Both the position numbers and the translations under genes were made by a program. A stretch of 63,672 bases of DNA, counting the filler, from Octopus bimaculoides (lineage: Eukaryota), in NCBI RefSeq assembly GCF_001194135.2. It is 4 parts of 4 records of this genome, joined end to end, with 100 filler letters (N's around TTAATTAATTAA, not from the genome) between each part and the next. Parts side by side here need not be neighbours in the genome. Positions count along the whole stretch, not along the records: positions 1 to 31,013 come from NC_068999.1; positions 31,114 to 50,650 come from NC_068995.1; 2 more parts are not named here. The stretch is one strand, 5' to 3'. How positions within the stretch are numbered: position 1 is the stretch's first letter; the number at the start of each line of letters is the position of its first letter. A model generated the notes under the pieces. The model was not told the DNA's origin. It searched no databases and saw only the letters and a list, made by a program, of their open reading frames with translations. Below are positions 27,337-39,676 of this stretch, piece by piece.

Positions 27337-27693
27337 AAGTACAAAATGCTAATTAAGAAATATGAATTTTGGAAAACCTTCAAGAATAATAAACTCCACT
27401 CTCCCACAAAGCTGATACAGTTATATCTTCTACAGAGCTTGTATCTATGTGTGCTTACCAGTGTGTATGTGTGTGTGTGTATTTATGTTTAAAATACAAT
27501 GAAAATGCTTAAAGTTGATGGAAGGAAATTTTGAGCCTCAATAGTTTGATATAAGTTTCCTATGACATAATTTTCACAGAGTATAGAACACTTTAATGCA
27601 TTCTGTTACAAAATAAAGAAAACAGCATACATACATACACACACATACGTATATATAAGTGTATAAACACACACAAATATGTATATTATGTAT

Positions 27694-27745
<52 letters not shown>

Positions 27746-28013
27746 TGTTTATATATATATTATGTATGTGATTGTGTTTGTATGTTTGTATGTATGTATA
27801 TACGTATGTATGTTCAAGGTTAAATGAAAACTTGGAAGCAAACAAAACATTCGAGCTATATTCTCATGACTAATTATAAAACAAAAGATTAATTTTCATT
27901 TAAATGAACCTCGTTATTGTTTAAAACGGGTGTATAAGACTAGATTCCCACTCTATACAGAAGTGCCAGATTTGTATTTCCGTTTATGTATGCGTGTATT
28001 TGTGTGCGTGCGC

Positions 28014-28049
<36 letters not shown>

Positions 28050-28494
28050 AAAATATAAAATATAAAAAAGACCCAGCAAGAACAACAAAAGTCAGTAGGA
28101 CGTACACTGAACTTTTATTGTTTTGCCACTTTTTTATTGTTGATTTGCCTATTAATGAGCCTATTAATTTGCCTATTAATGAGCGCTCACACGGATCTTC
28201 TACGCCCTTCCGATGGTGATGTTAAGTACTTAATTCTCGGATTAAACTTACATTGAGTGCATGTGTAAGACTCAACAGTATATATGTTTTAGAGCCATTT
28301 ATATATATAAACTTACTTAGAAATGGATGTGTGGCGTTCAATCATATAATATTATAAATAATATATATATAGATATATATCCATATATACGTATATGTAC
28401 ATAAGTACATATATATGTATATACATACGCATATATGGGTACAGGACGTCATAAAACGTAAACAACATGAAATACGAAAACATAGAATACGAAC

Positions 28495-28764
28495 TTTTTT
28501 GCGAACAACGAAAGAAACAAATGGAATAAAAAGACAAGTAACATAAAGAACGACCCTTCATCAGTTGTCGTTTGCTTATCTACTTCTTGTCTGTCTCTTC
28601 TATCTTTTCTCCTGTCAAAGCTTGTTCCTCCAGCGTTCACCACCTCACCTCTTGTCGTAATTGCTCGAAATGTGGAGTAGATAAACAGCCGACAACTAAT
28701 GAAGGGTCGTTCTTTATGTTACTTGCCTTGTTTTCCATTTGTTTCTTTCGTTGTTTGCAAAAAA
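28495..28764. repeat. Inverted repeat, about 90-bp arms around about 87-bp spacer, in a repeat family also present at 39297-39975
   Basis: GCGAACAACGAAAGAAACAAATGGAA...GACCCTTCATCAGTTGTCG versus CGACAACTAATGAAGGGTC...TTCCATTTGTTTCTTTCGTTGTTTGC. Confidence 0.9.
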
Positions 28765-29008
28765 ATACCGCTAAGCATTTCGCCCGGTGTGCCCACAAGA
28801 AGCTAAACATAGAGGGGACAAACAAGGACAGACAAATGGATTAAGTCAACTACATCGATCCCAGTACGTAACTGGTACTTAATTTATCGACCCCGAAAGG
28901 ATGAAAGGCAAAGTCAACCTCGGCGGCATTTGAACTCAGAACGTAAAGACAGACGAAATACTGCAAAGCACTTCGCCCGGCACGCTAACGGTTCTGCCAG
29001 CTCGCCAT
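28765..29008 (-). mobile_element. SINE family B long monomer plus the start of a second monomer
   Basis: AGAGGGGACAAACAAGGACAG tail, then a 28-bp GCACACCGGGCGAAATGCTTAGCGGTATT remnant. Confidence 0.85.
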
Positions 29009-29490
29009 CTTTTTGTCCTCGCGTATTGATCAATATTCTTTACTTAGATGAAGCGGCAAGCTAGTAGAGTCGTTAGCACGCCGTACAAAATGCTCTACGT
29101 TCTGAGTTCAAATTCCACCGCGGTTGACTTTGCCTTTCATCCCTGTCGGGGGTCGATAAAATAAGTACCAATTGAGCACTGGGACCGATGTATTCGATTT
29201 GGCCCCCTCTCCCAAAACTACTGGCCTTGTGCTAAAATTTGATACCAATATACTTTAATTGGTTGAATGTCCCGCCATCCAGTTATCTCATCGCTCAATC
29301 CCTCTCTCTTTTTTTCTCTCTCTCTTACTCCTTTCTTACCTTTCACACCCCACTTTGTTTCTCTTGTTATTTTTGTTGTTTCGTGACGTAAACGAAATCA
29401 AGGTTAGGGGAAACTTTTATATGTCATTACCCTATTATGTAATGACATAAAGGTGCCAGTGCAAAAATAAGAACCCGTGCTGCATATATG

Positions 29491-29529
<39 letters not shown>

Positions 29530-29945
29530 ACCTATAATCCACACACACACACACACACACACAGACACACTTATAATCCAACCAATTTAAGCACCTGTTT
29601 CAATGCCAAATAACCGCCCATAGAGCCTGTTAATCAAGTAATATGGTCCTGTGAGAATTAATGAATTAAAACAATGAATTAAAAACAAAACACTCTCGCC
29701 CATCTTTTTCTCACNNNNNNNNNNNNNNNNNNNNNNNNNNNNNNNNNNNNNNNNNNNNNNNNNNNNNNNNNNNNNNNNNNNNNNNNNNNNNNNNNNNNNN
29801 NNNNNNNNNNNNNNNNNNNNNNNNNNNNNNNNNNNNNNNNNNNNNNNNNNNNNNNNNNNNNNNNNNNNNNNNNNNNNNNNNNNNNNNNNNNNNNNNNNNN
29901 NNNNNNNNNNNNNNNNNNNNNNNNNNNNNNNNNNNNNNNNNNNNN

Positions 29946-30004
<59 letters not shown>

Positions 30005-30132
30005 ATGTATGTATGTATGTATGTATATACTAATTATGTTTGTATACATCATATATATTGCATATACATAAATATATGTATCGTATATGTTTGTATACGT
30101 ACATGCATGCAGGCACACACACATATACACAC

Positions 30133-30167
<35 letters not shown>

Positions 30168-30417
30168 TTGTGTGTGTATTAAAACAATTATACATTAATG
30201 TGATGAGTTACTTCATAAATATGTAGAGTACAAATTTATTATTCATATATATATAATGAAGAAATTATATAAAATGTATAACTAGATGATGAGTAAAGCA
30301 CCGGTACGGTTTCGATTACCTGTTGTTATCCGTAGATTTATTGCAGGAACTTCGTAGTGGTGGTTGAATTCACAGTATTAATAAAATAGATGGATGAAAT
30401 GAGTAAAATTTTATTTA

Positions 30418-30459
30418 GTACGACGCATGTTTCGACCCGTTCTTGGTCTCTTCGGGTAC
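30418..30459 (-). ncRNA. Minimal type I hammerhead-like motif with a U4C core change
   Basis: Minus strand GTAC-CCGAAGA-GACC(AAGAACG)GGTC-GAAA-C(ATGC)GTC-GTAC. All three stems pair, GTC triplet. The core reads CCGAAGA instead of CTGANGA. Confidence 0.55.
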
Positions 30460-30775
30460 ATAAAATAAAATAAAAAAAATAATAAAAAGTTTAACTAGAG
30501 ATTTTCTGATTCGGTTTTACGTACCGCTATACACAAATTCATATTAATATATACATATACCTATAAAAAACGCAAAAAACACCTATAAAAAACGCAGCGA
30601 TGGCTCATTACGTCATCTTCTCTAAACTAGAATGTATAATTTTCAGGTTCATATTTTAATTTTTCGCGTTTCAGTTTTTTTCTGTTTTTTTTTACTCATT
30701 TCCAAAGTTGATGGACATATAGAGGTACGTAAAACCGAATCAGAAAATCTCTAGTGAGACTTTTTATTTATTTAT

Positions 30776-30818
30776 GTACCCGAAGAGACACCCAAAACGG
30801 GTCGAAAATGTGTCGCAC
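30776..30818 (+). ncRNA. Degenerate inverted copy of the 30418 hammerhead-like motif
   Basis: GTAC-CCGAAGA-GAC(ACCCAAAACGG)GTC-GAAA-ATGTGTC-GCAC. The C after GAAA is lost. Confidence 0.4.
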
Positions 30819-31013
30819 TAAATAAAATCTTTACCTCATTCCATGTATTTTATTAAGACTGTTATATATATATATATATATATATATATTCATCTACATT
30901 CAATACTTTATTTCATGGTGCCATCCATTTTTATTTTATTTTATTTTATATTATATATTGTATATTATATTATATATTGTATATTCCATATTCTATACCC
31001 CACATTGGTTCTG

Positions 31014-31113
31014 NNNNNNNNNNNNNNNNNNNNNNNNNNNNNNNNNNNNNNNNNNNNTTAATTAATTAANNNNNNNNNNNNNNNNNNNNNNNNNNNNNNN
31101 NNNNNNNNNNNNN
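31014..31113. other. Artificial 100-bp join spacer (44 N + TTAATTAATTAA + 44 N)
   Basis: Identical constructs at 31014-31113, 50651-50750 and 60978-61077. The 12-mer places stops in all six frames. Confidence 0.9.
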
Positions 31114-31602
31114 TATTGCCAGTTTAGCCAATAAAAACACACGCACTGTATATTTGGTGTTAATTTGCTTCAGCTTTATATTACATTATTCTTAATCTTA
31201 TTTCGGCCAGAGGTCTTTCGTCACACATCTGTGACCTCATCAGTGGTCCTTTGTTTCCTTCTTTCTTATGTGTTTCTCACCTTGCTAACTATCAGCCATT
31301 TTGTATTTTGTATTCCCATTGTATGTGTCTACGCATGCGTGTCCTTCAATGTGTCTATGTCTTTTGTAAGTGCATGTGTGTGTATGGGGAGTGTCTGTAT
31401 CACCTATATTCTCTGTTAACACGTGTTCGTTTGTATTTGTTCTTATTTATTTATTTGTTCATGTGTGTGTGTGTGTTTGTTTTTTGTTTTTTTATCTACT
31501 GTTTTTTTTTGTGTGTATTTAATTAAATTTTGTTAACGTATGTAGTATTTAATTCCATTTGTTTGTCTATGTATTGTATTATATTTTGTTCATATTTTTA
31601 TT

Positions 31603-31645
<43 letters not shown>

Positions 31646-31648
<3 letters not shown>

Positions 31649-32322
31649 AAATCAAAATAAGCAACAGGATATCAAGTAGTAATGCAGTACAACCGTTTCA
31701 AGCCACTCCATTTAATTGAACAATGCAACCATTACATCAATTTAAACATGGTGCTATCTTCAGCTGCATAAAAAAAGTATATATATATATATATATGGAA
31801 TTTCAACAGGCAGGATACATTAATATAATTTTTCTTGAATATTTTAAGAGCGTAAGAAGATGGAAGAAATTCATGTTGTCGCTATTGTAGCAAAAGTGGT
31901 TTATAAAAAAAAACAGACAATAATTTCTTAGAATAGCATGGAGTATAGTGGGGTCATAGGGTTGTAATTCATTTCCAGTTTATTAAGAGAGAAATAAACT
32001 GGAAATTAATTACCACCCTATGACCCCACTATACTCTATGCTATTTTAAGAAATTGTAATCTGTTTTTTTTTTTATAAGCCACTTTTGCTACAATAGCGG
32101 CAACATGAATTTCTTCTATCTTCTTACGCTCTTAAAATATTTAAGAAAAATTGTATTAATGTATCCTGCCTGTTGAAATTCCATATATATACTTTTTTAT
32201 GCAGCTGAAGATAGCACTGTATTTAAATTGATGCAATGATTGCATTGTTCAATTAAATGGAGCCGCTTGAAACAGTTGTACTGCATTATTACTTGATATC
32301 TTGTTGCTTATTTTGATTTTAT
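31646..32322. repeat. 677-bp foldback palindrome (about 335-bp arms, 8-nt loop)
   Basis: ATAAAATCAAAATAAGCAAC...CCAGTTTATT-AAGAGAGA-AATAAACTGG...GTTGCTTATTTTGATTTTAT. Arms are roughly 90% identical by eye; the TA run differs in length. Confidence 0.95.
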
Positions 32323-34518
32323 TCACCTTGCTTCGAGCTGTGCGGATAATACCGGATTGACTTGGTGCTTCAACTTAAGTACCTAATTCAAGTGAATCTT
32401 AATTATTTCTTATATACATACATACACACACACACATACATATATATTCATATATATGTATGTGTATATATANNNNNNNNNNNNNNNNNNNNNNNNNNNN
32501 NNNNNNNNNNNNNNNNNNNNNNNNNNNNNNNNNNNNNNNNNNNNNNNNNNNNNNNNNNNNNNNNNNNNNNNNNNNNNNNNNNNNNNNNNNNNNNNNNNNN
32601 NNNNNNNNNNNNNNNNNNNNNNNNNNNNNNNNNNNNNNNNNNNNNNNNNNNNNNNNNNNNNNNNNNNNNNNNNNNNNNNNNNNNNNNNNNNNNNNNNNNN
32701 NNNNNNNNNNNNNNNNNNNNNNNNNNNNNNNNNNNNNNNNNNNNNNNNNNNNNNNNNNNNNNNNNNNNNNNNNNNNNNNNNNNNNNNNNNNNNNNNNNNN
32801 NNNNNNNNNNNNNNNNNNNNNNNNNNNNNNNNNNNNNNNNNNNNNNNNNNNNNNNNNNNNNNNNNNNNNNNNNNNNNNNNNNNNNNNNNNNNNNNNNNNN
32901 NNNNNNNNNNNNNNNNNNNNNNNNNNNNNNNNNNNNNNNNNNNNNNNNNNNNNNNNNNNNNNNNNNNNNNNNNNNNNNNNNNNNNNNNNNNATATATATA
33001 TATATATATATAGGGGAAAGGCATACGCCAACAAGTGATCGATTAAGTCTAAGAAATGAAGCAATCAAGCTATTTTCAGGGAAGATCGAAATATAAAAAT
33101 ATTTCTGATGGAGTTGACTAAGAATGTAACTAAACTTTAAATTCTGGTGACTGATAATAAGAACGCTGACTGTACCAAAGTTCTCACTAACAACGCATCA
33201 TTTCCGGCTTCAAGATACAAACTGTGTGTAATGAGATACACAGTCACCTGAGCTACTATACATAATAGTCTCCTCTACCTAACTTATTCACTTTCTTTCC
33301 TGTAAAGTTATTTTGTAATTGTATATATTGATTATACAATAACCTATGTATGTATGCATGTATGTATGTATGCATGTATGTATGCATGTAAGTATGTATA
33401 TGTGTATGTATGTATGTGTGTATGTATGTATGTTTGTATGTATGAATGTATGTATGTATGTGCCTGTCTGTCTGTAAGTATGTCATTACTCAGTTTATTT
33501 CAAGATTTCTTGCCAATAGAGAAGGAACCGGTTTCTAACCTAGATCCAAGACTCCTTCATTGGAATTTCAACATCAACAACAGGGTATTTTGTATGTATG
33601 TATGTATGTATGTATGTATGTATGTATGTATGTATGAGAAAAAGTGTTGCAGTTTACGTGATGCATTGCTGAATATGCAGAAATTTTGTATAACAGAAGG
33701 CGATAGCAATACCGAACATTAATTATGTAAAATAAGAATAACAAATTGAAAATGTTACTTTAGAAATATTTACATAGTCCTTAAGTTTCAAAGTAAATAA
33801 CAATAGAGTGATTTAAATTGTGTCTATTCTGTCGTTATATCGAATCCCTGTGAGTGATATTCGAATTACCAAGCGAGTAGAAATTTAGAACTCTGGATTG
33901 TGGTCCATGTACTTTCAATGTCAGAGTAAAAAAGCTTCTGTACCAGGAGTTACATAATATATTGTGAGTGATGGTATTCATACAATCTATTGGTTCTTGG
34001 TTGGTAACTGTTGGGAACATGGTACAACCCAAGCAGTGCATGAATATAACTGCCATAATAAAACTTCTCTTCCTCGCTGATGAACATACATGTCAGAAAT
34101 GCATGTATCCAGGATGAAATTGATATGTAATTTATTTATATAGAGTGTATATTTGTATGTGTATATTAGATTATTGTGTGTGTATGTGTGTGTGCGCGCG
34201 CGTGCGTGCGTACAATAGTAAATATCCTGTTACTGGATCTCATTACATTTATGTTTGCCCAAGATTCTGTAGCTGTGCGCTAATGGCACACGGATTTCTT
34301 TTATATTTAAGGCGCCTGCGCAGGAGCAGTAACGTTTCTATACTTGGTCATTTGCTACCCTTTCCCCACCAAACCAGATGAAGCGAGGCGTACAGCATTG
34401 AGTGTCCTGTCCAGAGACAACGATATATCATTATTTGCAAGAAACACTGATCACCGTAAAATTAATAATTTGTTGGTTTGCAATGTTGAATTCAGTCTCT
34501 GTGTGTGTGTGCGCGCGC

Positions 34519-34572
<54 letters not shown>

Positions 34573-35110
34573 GTGAGACATTTGTAGAGGCTTATTGTCT
34601 TCTATTTCTTTTCGTGTTTTTTTCTCAAAATACACCCAAAATATAGAAAAGATTATTTGTAAATTTGCCAACTCGTTCAACAATGAATAATCTGGAAAAA
34701 CGACTTAAGTAATGGTAGAATATTTTTAACTTATTATAGAAGAGAAACGGGGAATCTTCGCTCACTAAATAAAATTCGCTAAGTAGGCATTCGAATAAGT
34801 TTTTCCAAAACACAAATCGCATTTCTAACATTCCTTCAGGCTGTTTGGCAAATGCTCGCAAACATTATTATTTCATTAATTTGGTATCAGTGCTGAGAAA
34901 CTGATTTAGAATAAACGGAAATAACAAATGTAGAGATTCTACGGAAAAGGAGTCTGACTGAAAATGCTTTCATAACAATATTGTTTCAATATATGTCTAT
35001 ACACATTCACACACACGGACACTTACTCGCTCACAGGGACATTTACACGTGTGTGAATGGCTGCGTGTAAAATGTAGTATGCATATATGAACATGTATAT
35101 GCATGTGTGT

Positions 35111-35150
<40 letters not shown>

Positions 35151-35641
35151 ATATGTGTCTGTGTGTGTGTGCAGATATGTGTCTGTGTGTGTGTGTGTGC
35201 AGATATGTGTGTGTGTGCAGATATGTGTGTGTGTGCAGATATGTGTGTGTGTGTGTGTGTGTGTGAGTATTATCTTTATATGTATAAACATGTATGTATT
35301 TATGCANNNNNNNNNNNNNNNNNNNNNNNNNNNNNNNNNNNNNNNNNNNNNNNNNNNNNNNNNNNNNNNNNNNNNNNNNNNNNNNNNNNNNNNNNNNNNN
35401 NNNNNNNNNNNNNNNNNNNNNNNNAGAGAGAGAGAGACAGAGAGAGAGAGAGACAGAGAGAGAGAGAGAGACAGAGAGAGAGAGAGACAGAGATAAAACA
35501 GACATACATATGTGTGTGTTATAGAAATTACAAGAATAATTTTTTCGCAGTTATACCAAAGATTTCTCTTTTGTGCAAAGCAATTAGTTACAGTGCTCAA
35601 TAAGAGTAGAAAGACAACGCATTTGGTGTAAAATACAAACA

Positions 35642-35689
<48 letters not shown>

Positions 35690-35697
35690 TATGAACA

Positions 35698-35739
<42 letters not shown>

Positions 35740-36183
35740 ATATACACGCACACATATGTATATAAGTATGGGAGAGAGAGGGGGGCGTTAAAATAAAATC
35801 AAGCTATATATTGCAATAAATACATACTCGCAGGTAGAATGTATTCATTGATTTTAACATTTAGCGCCACTTATTTTCGTGTCTCTCCTTGCACATGTGT
35901 ATGTGTGTTTCTGTGTCTGTGTGTGTGTGTGTCTGTGTGTGTCTGTGGGTGTGTGTCTGTGTGTGTGTCTGTGTGTGTCTGTGTGTGTGTGTGTATATAT
36001 GTGTGTGTGCTCATACCTCCATACAAACATATGGACATTTGAATAAATCTTGTAGTCGTATTTTTGTGCAAAGTGAGTACCTTAAGTGCTCAATAAATAT
36101 GAAGGAAGTAGGCATAGAGCAACAACACCGTCATCACACATATATACATCTATACAGACAGACAGCCAGCCAGCCAGTTAGCC

Positions 36184-36300
<117 letters not shown>

Positions 36301-37779
36301 TTCAATACATACGTATATACATGCATACTACTGTACGTATAAACTCCCTGACCTGGAGCAAAGTATGGCCAAACTTGGGTTCTTGAGAGAAGAATGCAAT
36401 TCATTAATTCATACACAACAAATGATCACCATATTTGATACGATAAAAATCAGCAAGACCTTCATATGATTTAAAGGATTATAAACAAATGAAGTTTTTC
36501 TTTACAACCTTCACAAATATTTCATATATACACATATGTATGTATATGTATATGTATACATTATCAGTCGCACATACACTATGTATGTGCGACCTATAAT
36601 GTTTGCACCACTAGAGCTACATTTAATTCATAGTAAAATATATGTATGTGTCTATATGTGTGTGTGTGTATGTATATATATATATATATATATGTTAATT
36701 CTCTAAATGAAGTATTAACAGTAACTGTTAATATATATATATATATATATATATACTAAATTACGAATTAAAAGTAGTTCTAGTAAAGCAATCATTATCG
36801 GTCGTATATACGTAGCACATGTGTTCTGTTTAGACACCTGCAGCAAATGAACGTTTAAAGAAACCACACTATGTATGTGTGACCACATACACATGTATAT
36901 ACACATGTATGTGCTTATGTATATATATTTGTCAATGTTGTAAAGAAAAGCTCCTCCATTTGTTCATTATCCTTTAAATTTTATGATGGTCTTGCAGATT
37001 TTTATTGCCTCAAATATCGTGATCATTTGTAGTGTAGGAATTAAGGAATTTCATTCTCTCTCCATGGATCCAAGTTATCATTGCAATCCATATCAAAATG
37101 TATGAGAAAACAGTCAAGATGCTCGATCCCCAATTCACCTTAAATTTTTATATAACCACAATCTAAATAAATTTGAATACTATTTGTAGAAAATTTCGTT
37201 AAAAAATACCCATTTTTCTGAAAGTTCTGGGTAAACAAACTGGAGATATGTGAATTACCCTACACACCTCTTCCAACTCCAAAAAAAGATTTTCGCATTA
37301 AATTCCGATATAATCAAATTCTACTCTATCTGAAATGCGTTGTAAAAAAAAGTCATTAAAATATCCTTGTTTCAAAAAGTTATAAGGAAACAAAGTCGAT
37401 GGTGCACACTTCTGTAATTATGCTGAAATATAAACAAAGTGACCGACAAATGTGTCACAGCAAGTAAAAATTAGCTTTCTGATTGAATCGTGAAGTTGAA
37501 ATCTTGAAGAATAAAAGAATATTATAACCACATTTTGATGAAAATATAGTAAAAGTGGAATTTAGGAATTTACAATAATTTTCTCGGCAGTATAGATTTT
37601 AATAATTGTATTTTTTCAGAAAGAGATATATATTCCAAATTAACTGATAAGAAGCTTTCTGTATTATAGTATAGATGCTCTGTATTCAACAGGTGCTACA
37701 CTCTAAACCATAAATAATAGTATCACCGATATATATATATATATATATTATCCGAAATGTACAGTATTATATATCCATC

Positions 37780-38434
37780 GCGATTGATCTTACCAATCCG
37801 TTTCGTGCTAGGATTACAATGGAGTGTTAGGTAACAATCCGATTATATAACCTTACGCTCATCAGTTTTAGTCGATATGGAAGGGAATATGGCGACTGCT
37901 CTCAATTGTCGGAGGTGAATGGACACATCAGGTGTGTAGTTGCTGTGAAAAAGATGGTAAAACGAAAAATGGGCAGGGAATTAGGTTTGGAGTTACGCCT
38001 CAATTCGCTGTAAAGCCGGTAAGAGTTATCTTGAAGTGTTTGAGGGAAATATGTGTGTTATTAAGTGTGGGGATGGAGCCTGTGACATGTGTAGTGGTGT
38101 CATCTGTATAATTTTTTCCATATATGATTGTGTATAATTTTTTGCATATATAATTGTGTTCGTTAGCCTGTTTTCTTTCAGTATTGGTTAATGTCGTGGG
38201 GAATTTATGTTAGCGTGCGGTATGTAATGTGTGGGGGAGGTTATATATGTAGGGGTACAATGTGTGTGAAGGGTTATATGTTGGGAGGGGGTGAAAGACA
38301 ATCTATTTGGCAGGTGTCTGCTTTGTTGGCCGTGTGTGTATGTATATGGGAGCGTTGGTGTATGCTCTGGTCAAACTCTTTGCCGGACTCGAGGGTATTG
38401 GTGAAAGGCCGAGGCTGGGGACCTGTGGTTGTAG
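37780..38434 (-). mobile_element. Probable 3' UTR / pseudo-LTR of the same Penelope-like element
   Basis: C/A-rich tract on the minus strand directly after the PLE stop, ending in a CTGATGA...CACGAAAC hammerhead-like remnant (about 37797-37870) before a (TA)n run. Confidence 0.5.
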
Positions 38435-38773
38435 TCACGGTGGGGTGCGCAGGTACGATAGGATATATTTCCCTTCATGTAGGCAAAGATTAAACACTTC
38501 ACTTCTGCTATTCAGGTAAATATCCGGGCGCTGGATACCCTTTAAAATCGCCCTCTTCTCAGCCAGGCACAACCTGCACTTCCTATTGCTATTGAAGTAC
38601 AGTTTACATTTCTCCAGGATCTTCCACTTTAGGTTGTACTCTGTGACGCTTTCTTTCAAAGACAGAACGTACTTGGCCAGGGTTGTGGTGTTGCATCTCT
38701 TCGGGATGTTGAAGGAAAACTTGTGGTTGTTAAAGCGGGTTCTGAAAGAGCCTTTCTTTGCTCTCACATACTT
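38435..38773 (-). mobile_element. Penelope-like element, C-terminal part of the GIY-YIG endonuclease
   Basis: Open frame KYVRAKKGSFRTRFNNHKFSF...TTLAKYVLSLK...YNLKWKILEKCK...CRLCLAEKRAIL...LNSRSEVFNLCLHEGKYIL matches the PLE pattern YIG..F+TR.NNH..SF / TLS.++W.LK / W.I+ / C.LCL.EK / LN.RSE+...C.H..K++L. Confidence 0.9.
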
Positions 38774-39277
38774 CCGCAGATGTCGATGAATGGTTGAATA
38801 ACCAAATCCAAGCTTCTCTGCTAGTTCCTCAACTGTTAGGATGGGATTTTGTTCCACCAGGGCTGGAAGGACGTCCTCGTCGAGCTTTACAGATCTTCCG
38901 GAACGAGGCTCGTCTTCTAGGCTGTAATTTCCTGCTCAGAATTTCTGGAACCACTTTTGATACTGGCTTATGCTTATTGTCCGATACCCATATACTGCAT
39001 TAATTTTCTTCGCACTTTCCGTTGCGTTATTGCCTTTATTGAACTCATAAAACAAAACATACCGAATATGCTCCTTTGTCACTTCCATTATAGCTTTGAA
39101 AAAAATAACGGTTAAAATCGAACTGCACTCTTCAAAACTTGCACTAAGAATAAGGACAAGGTAAAATTACTATACTATTGGCTTTTATAGCAAGTTGATG
39201 CAAGTAGTTTATCACGTCCACCTCCGACTTTTAGTTCATGCAAATGAAAATATCGTATTATTTATGGGCTGACCCAA
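38774..39277 (-). mobile_element. Mariner transposon 5' end: putative TIR plus N-terminal HTH DNA-binding domain; catalytic domain absent
   Basis: TA at 39278-39279 followed by TIR-like TTGGGTCAGCCCATAAATAAT. ATG at 39088 gives MEVTKEHIRYVLFYEFNKGNNATESAKKINAVYG...WFQKF*AGNYSLEDEPRSGRS...LVEQNPILTVEELAEKLGFGYSTIHRHLR, with the mariner WF..F..G..SLEDEPRSGR signature. One TGA at 38936-38938. Confidence 0.9.
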
Positions 39278-39394
39278 TATACATACATACATACATAAAC
39301 TTACTTGGAAATGGATGTGTGGCGTTCAATCAAATAATAATATAAATAATATATATACATACATATTTGTACATACATACATATATATGTGATA

Positions 39395-39676
39395 ATAATT
39401 TATATAAGGGAATTACTATATAATAATGCCTCACGCTTAGAGGGACTAAATAAGTCAAAACTACCAAAAAATAAGCACATATTTACCGAAAGCTAGGGAA
39501 TGCAATTTTTCAAAGTTTACCTCCTAAAAACATTTAAATGTTTTTAGGAGGTAAACTTTGAAAAATTGCATTCCCTCGCTTTCGGTAAATATGCGCTTAT
39601 TTTTTGGTAGTTTTGACTTATTTAGTCCCTCTAAGCGTGAGGCATTATTATATAGTAATGCCTTTATATAAATTAT
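39395..39676. repeat. 282-bp spacerless palindrome
   Basis: Arms 39395-39535 and 39536-39676 are centred on CATTT|AAATG, with 4 mismatches in 141 bp. Confidence 0.95.

Larger units (their letters stand above)
30380..30860. repeat. Inverted repeat, about 140-bp arms around about 190-bp spacer, each arm carrying a hammerhead-like motif
   Basis: ...GTACGACGCATGTTTCGACCCG...GATTTTCTGATTCGGTTTTACGTACC is the reverse complement of GGTACGTAAAACCGAATCAGAAAATC...CGGGTCGAAAATGTGTCGCAC. Confidence 0.9.

Noticed and set aside
31058-31069. TTAATTAATTAA as a homeodomain site or piggyBac TTAA target
   Set aside because: It occurs only centred in exact 100-bp N spacers, so it is an artificial linker.
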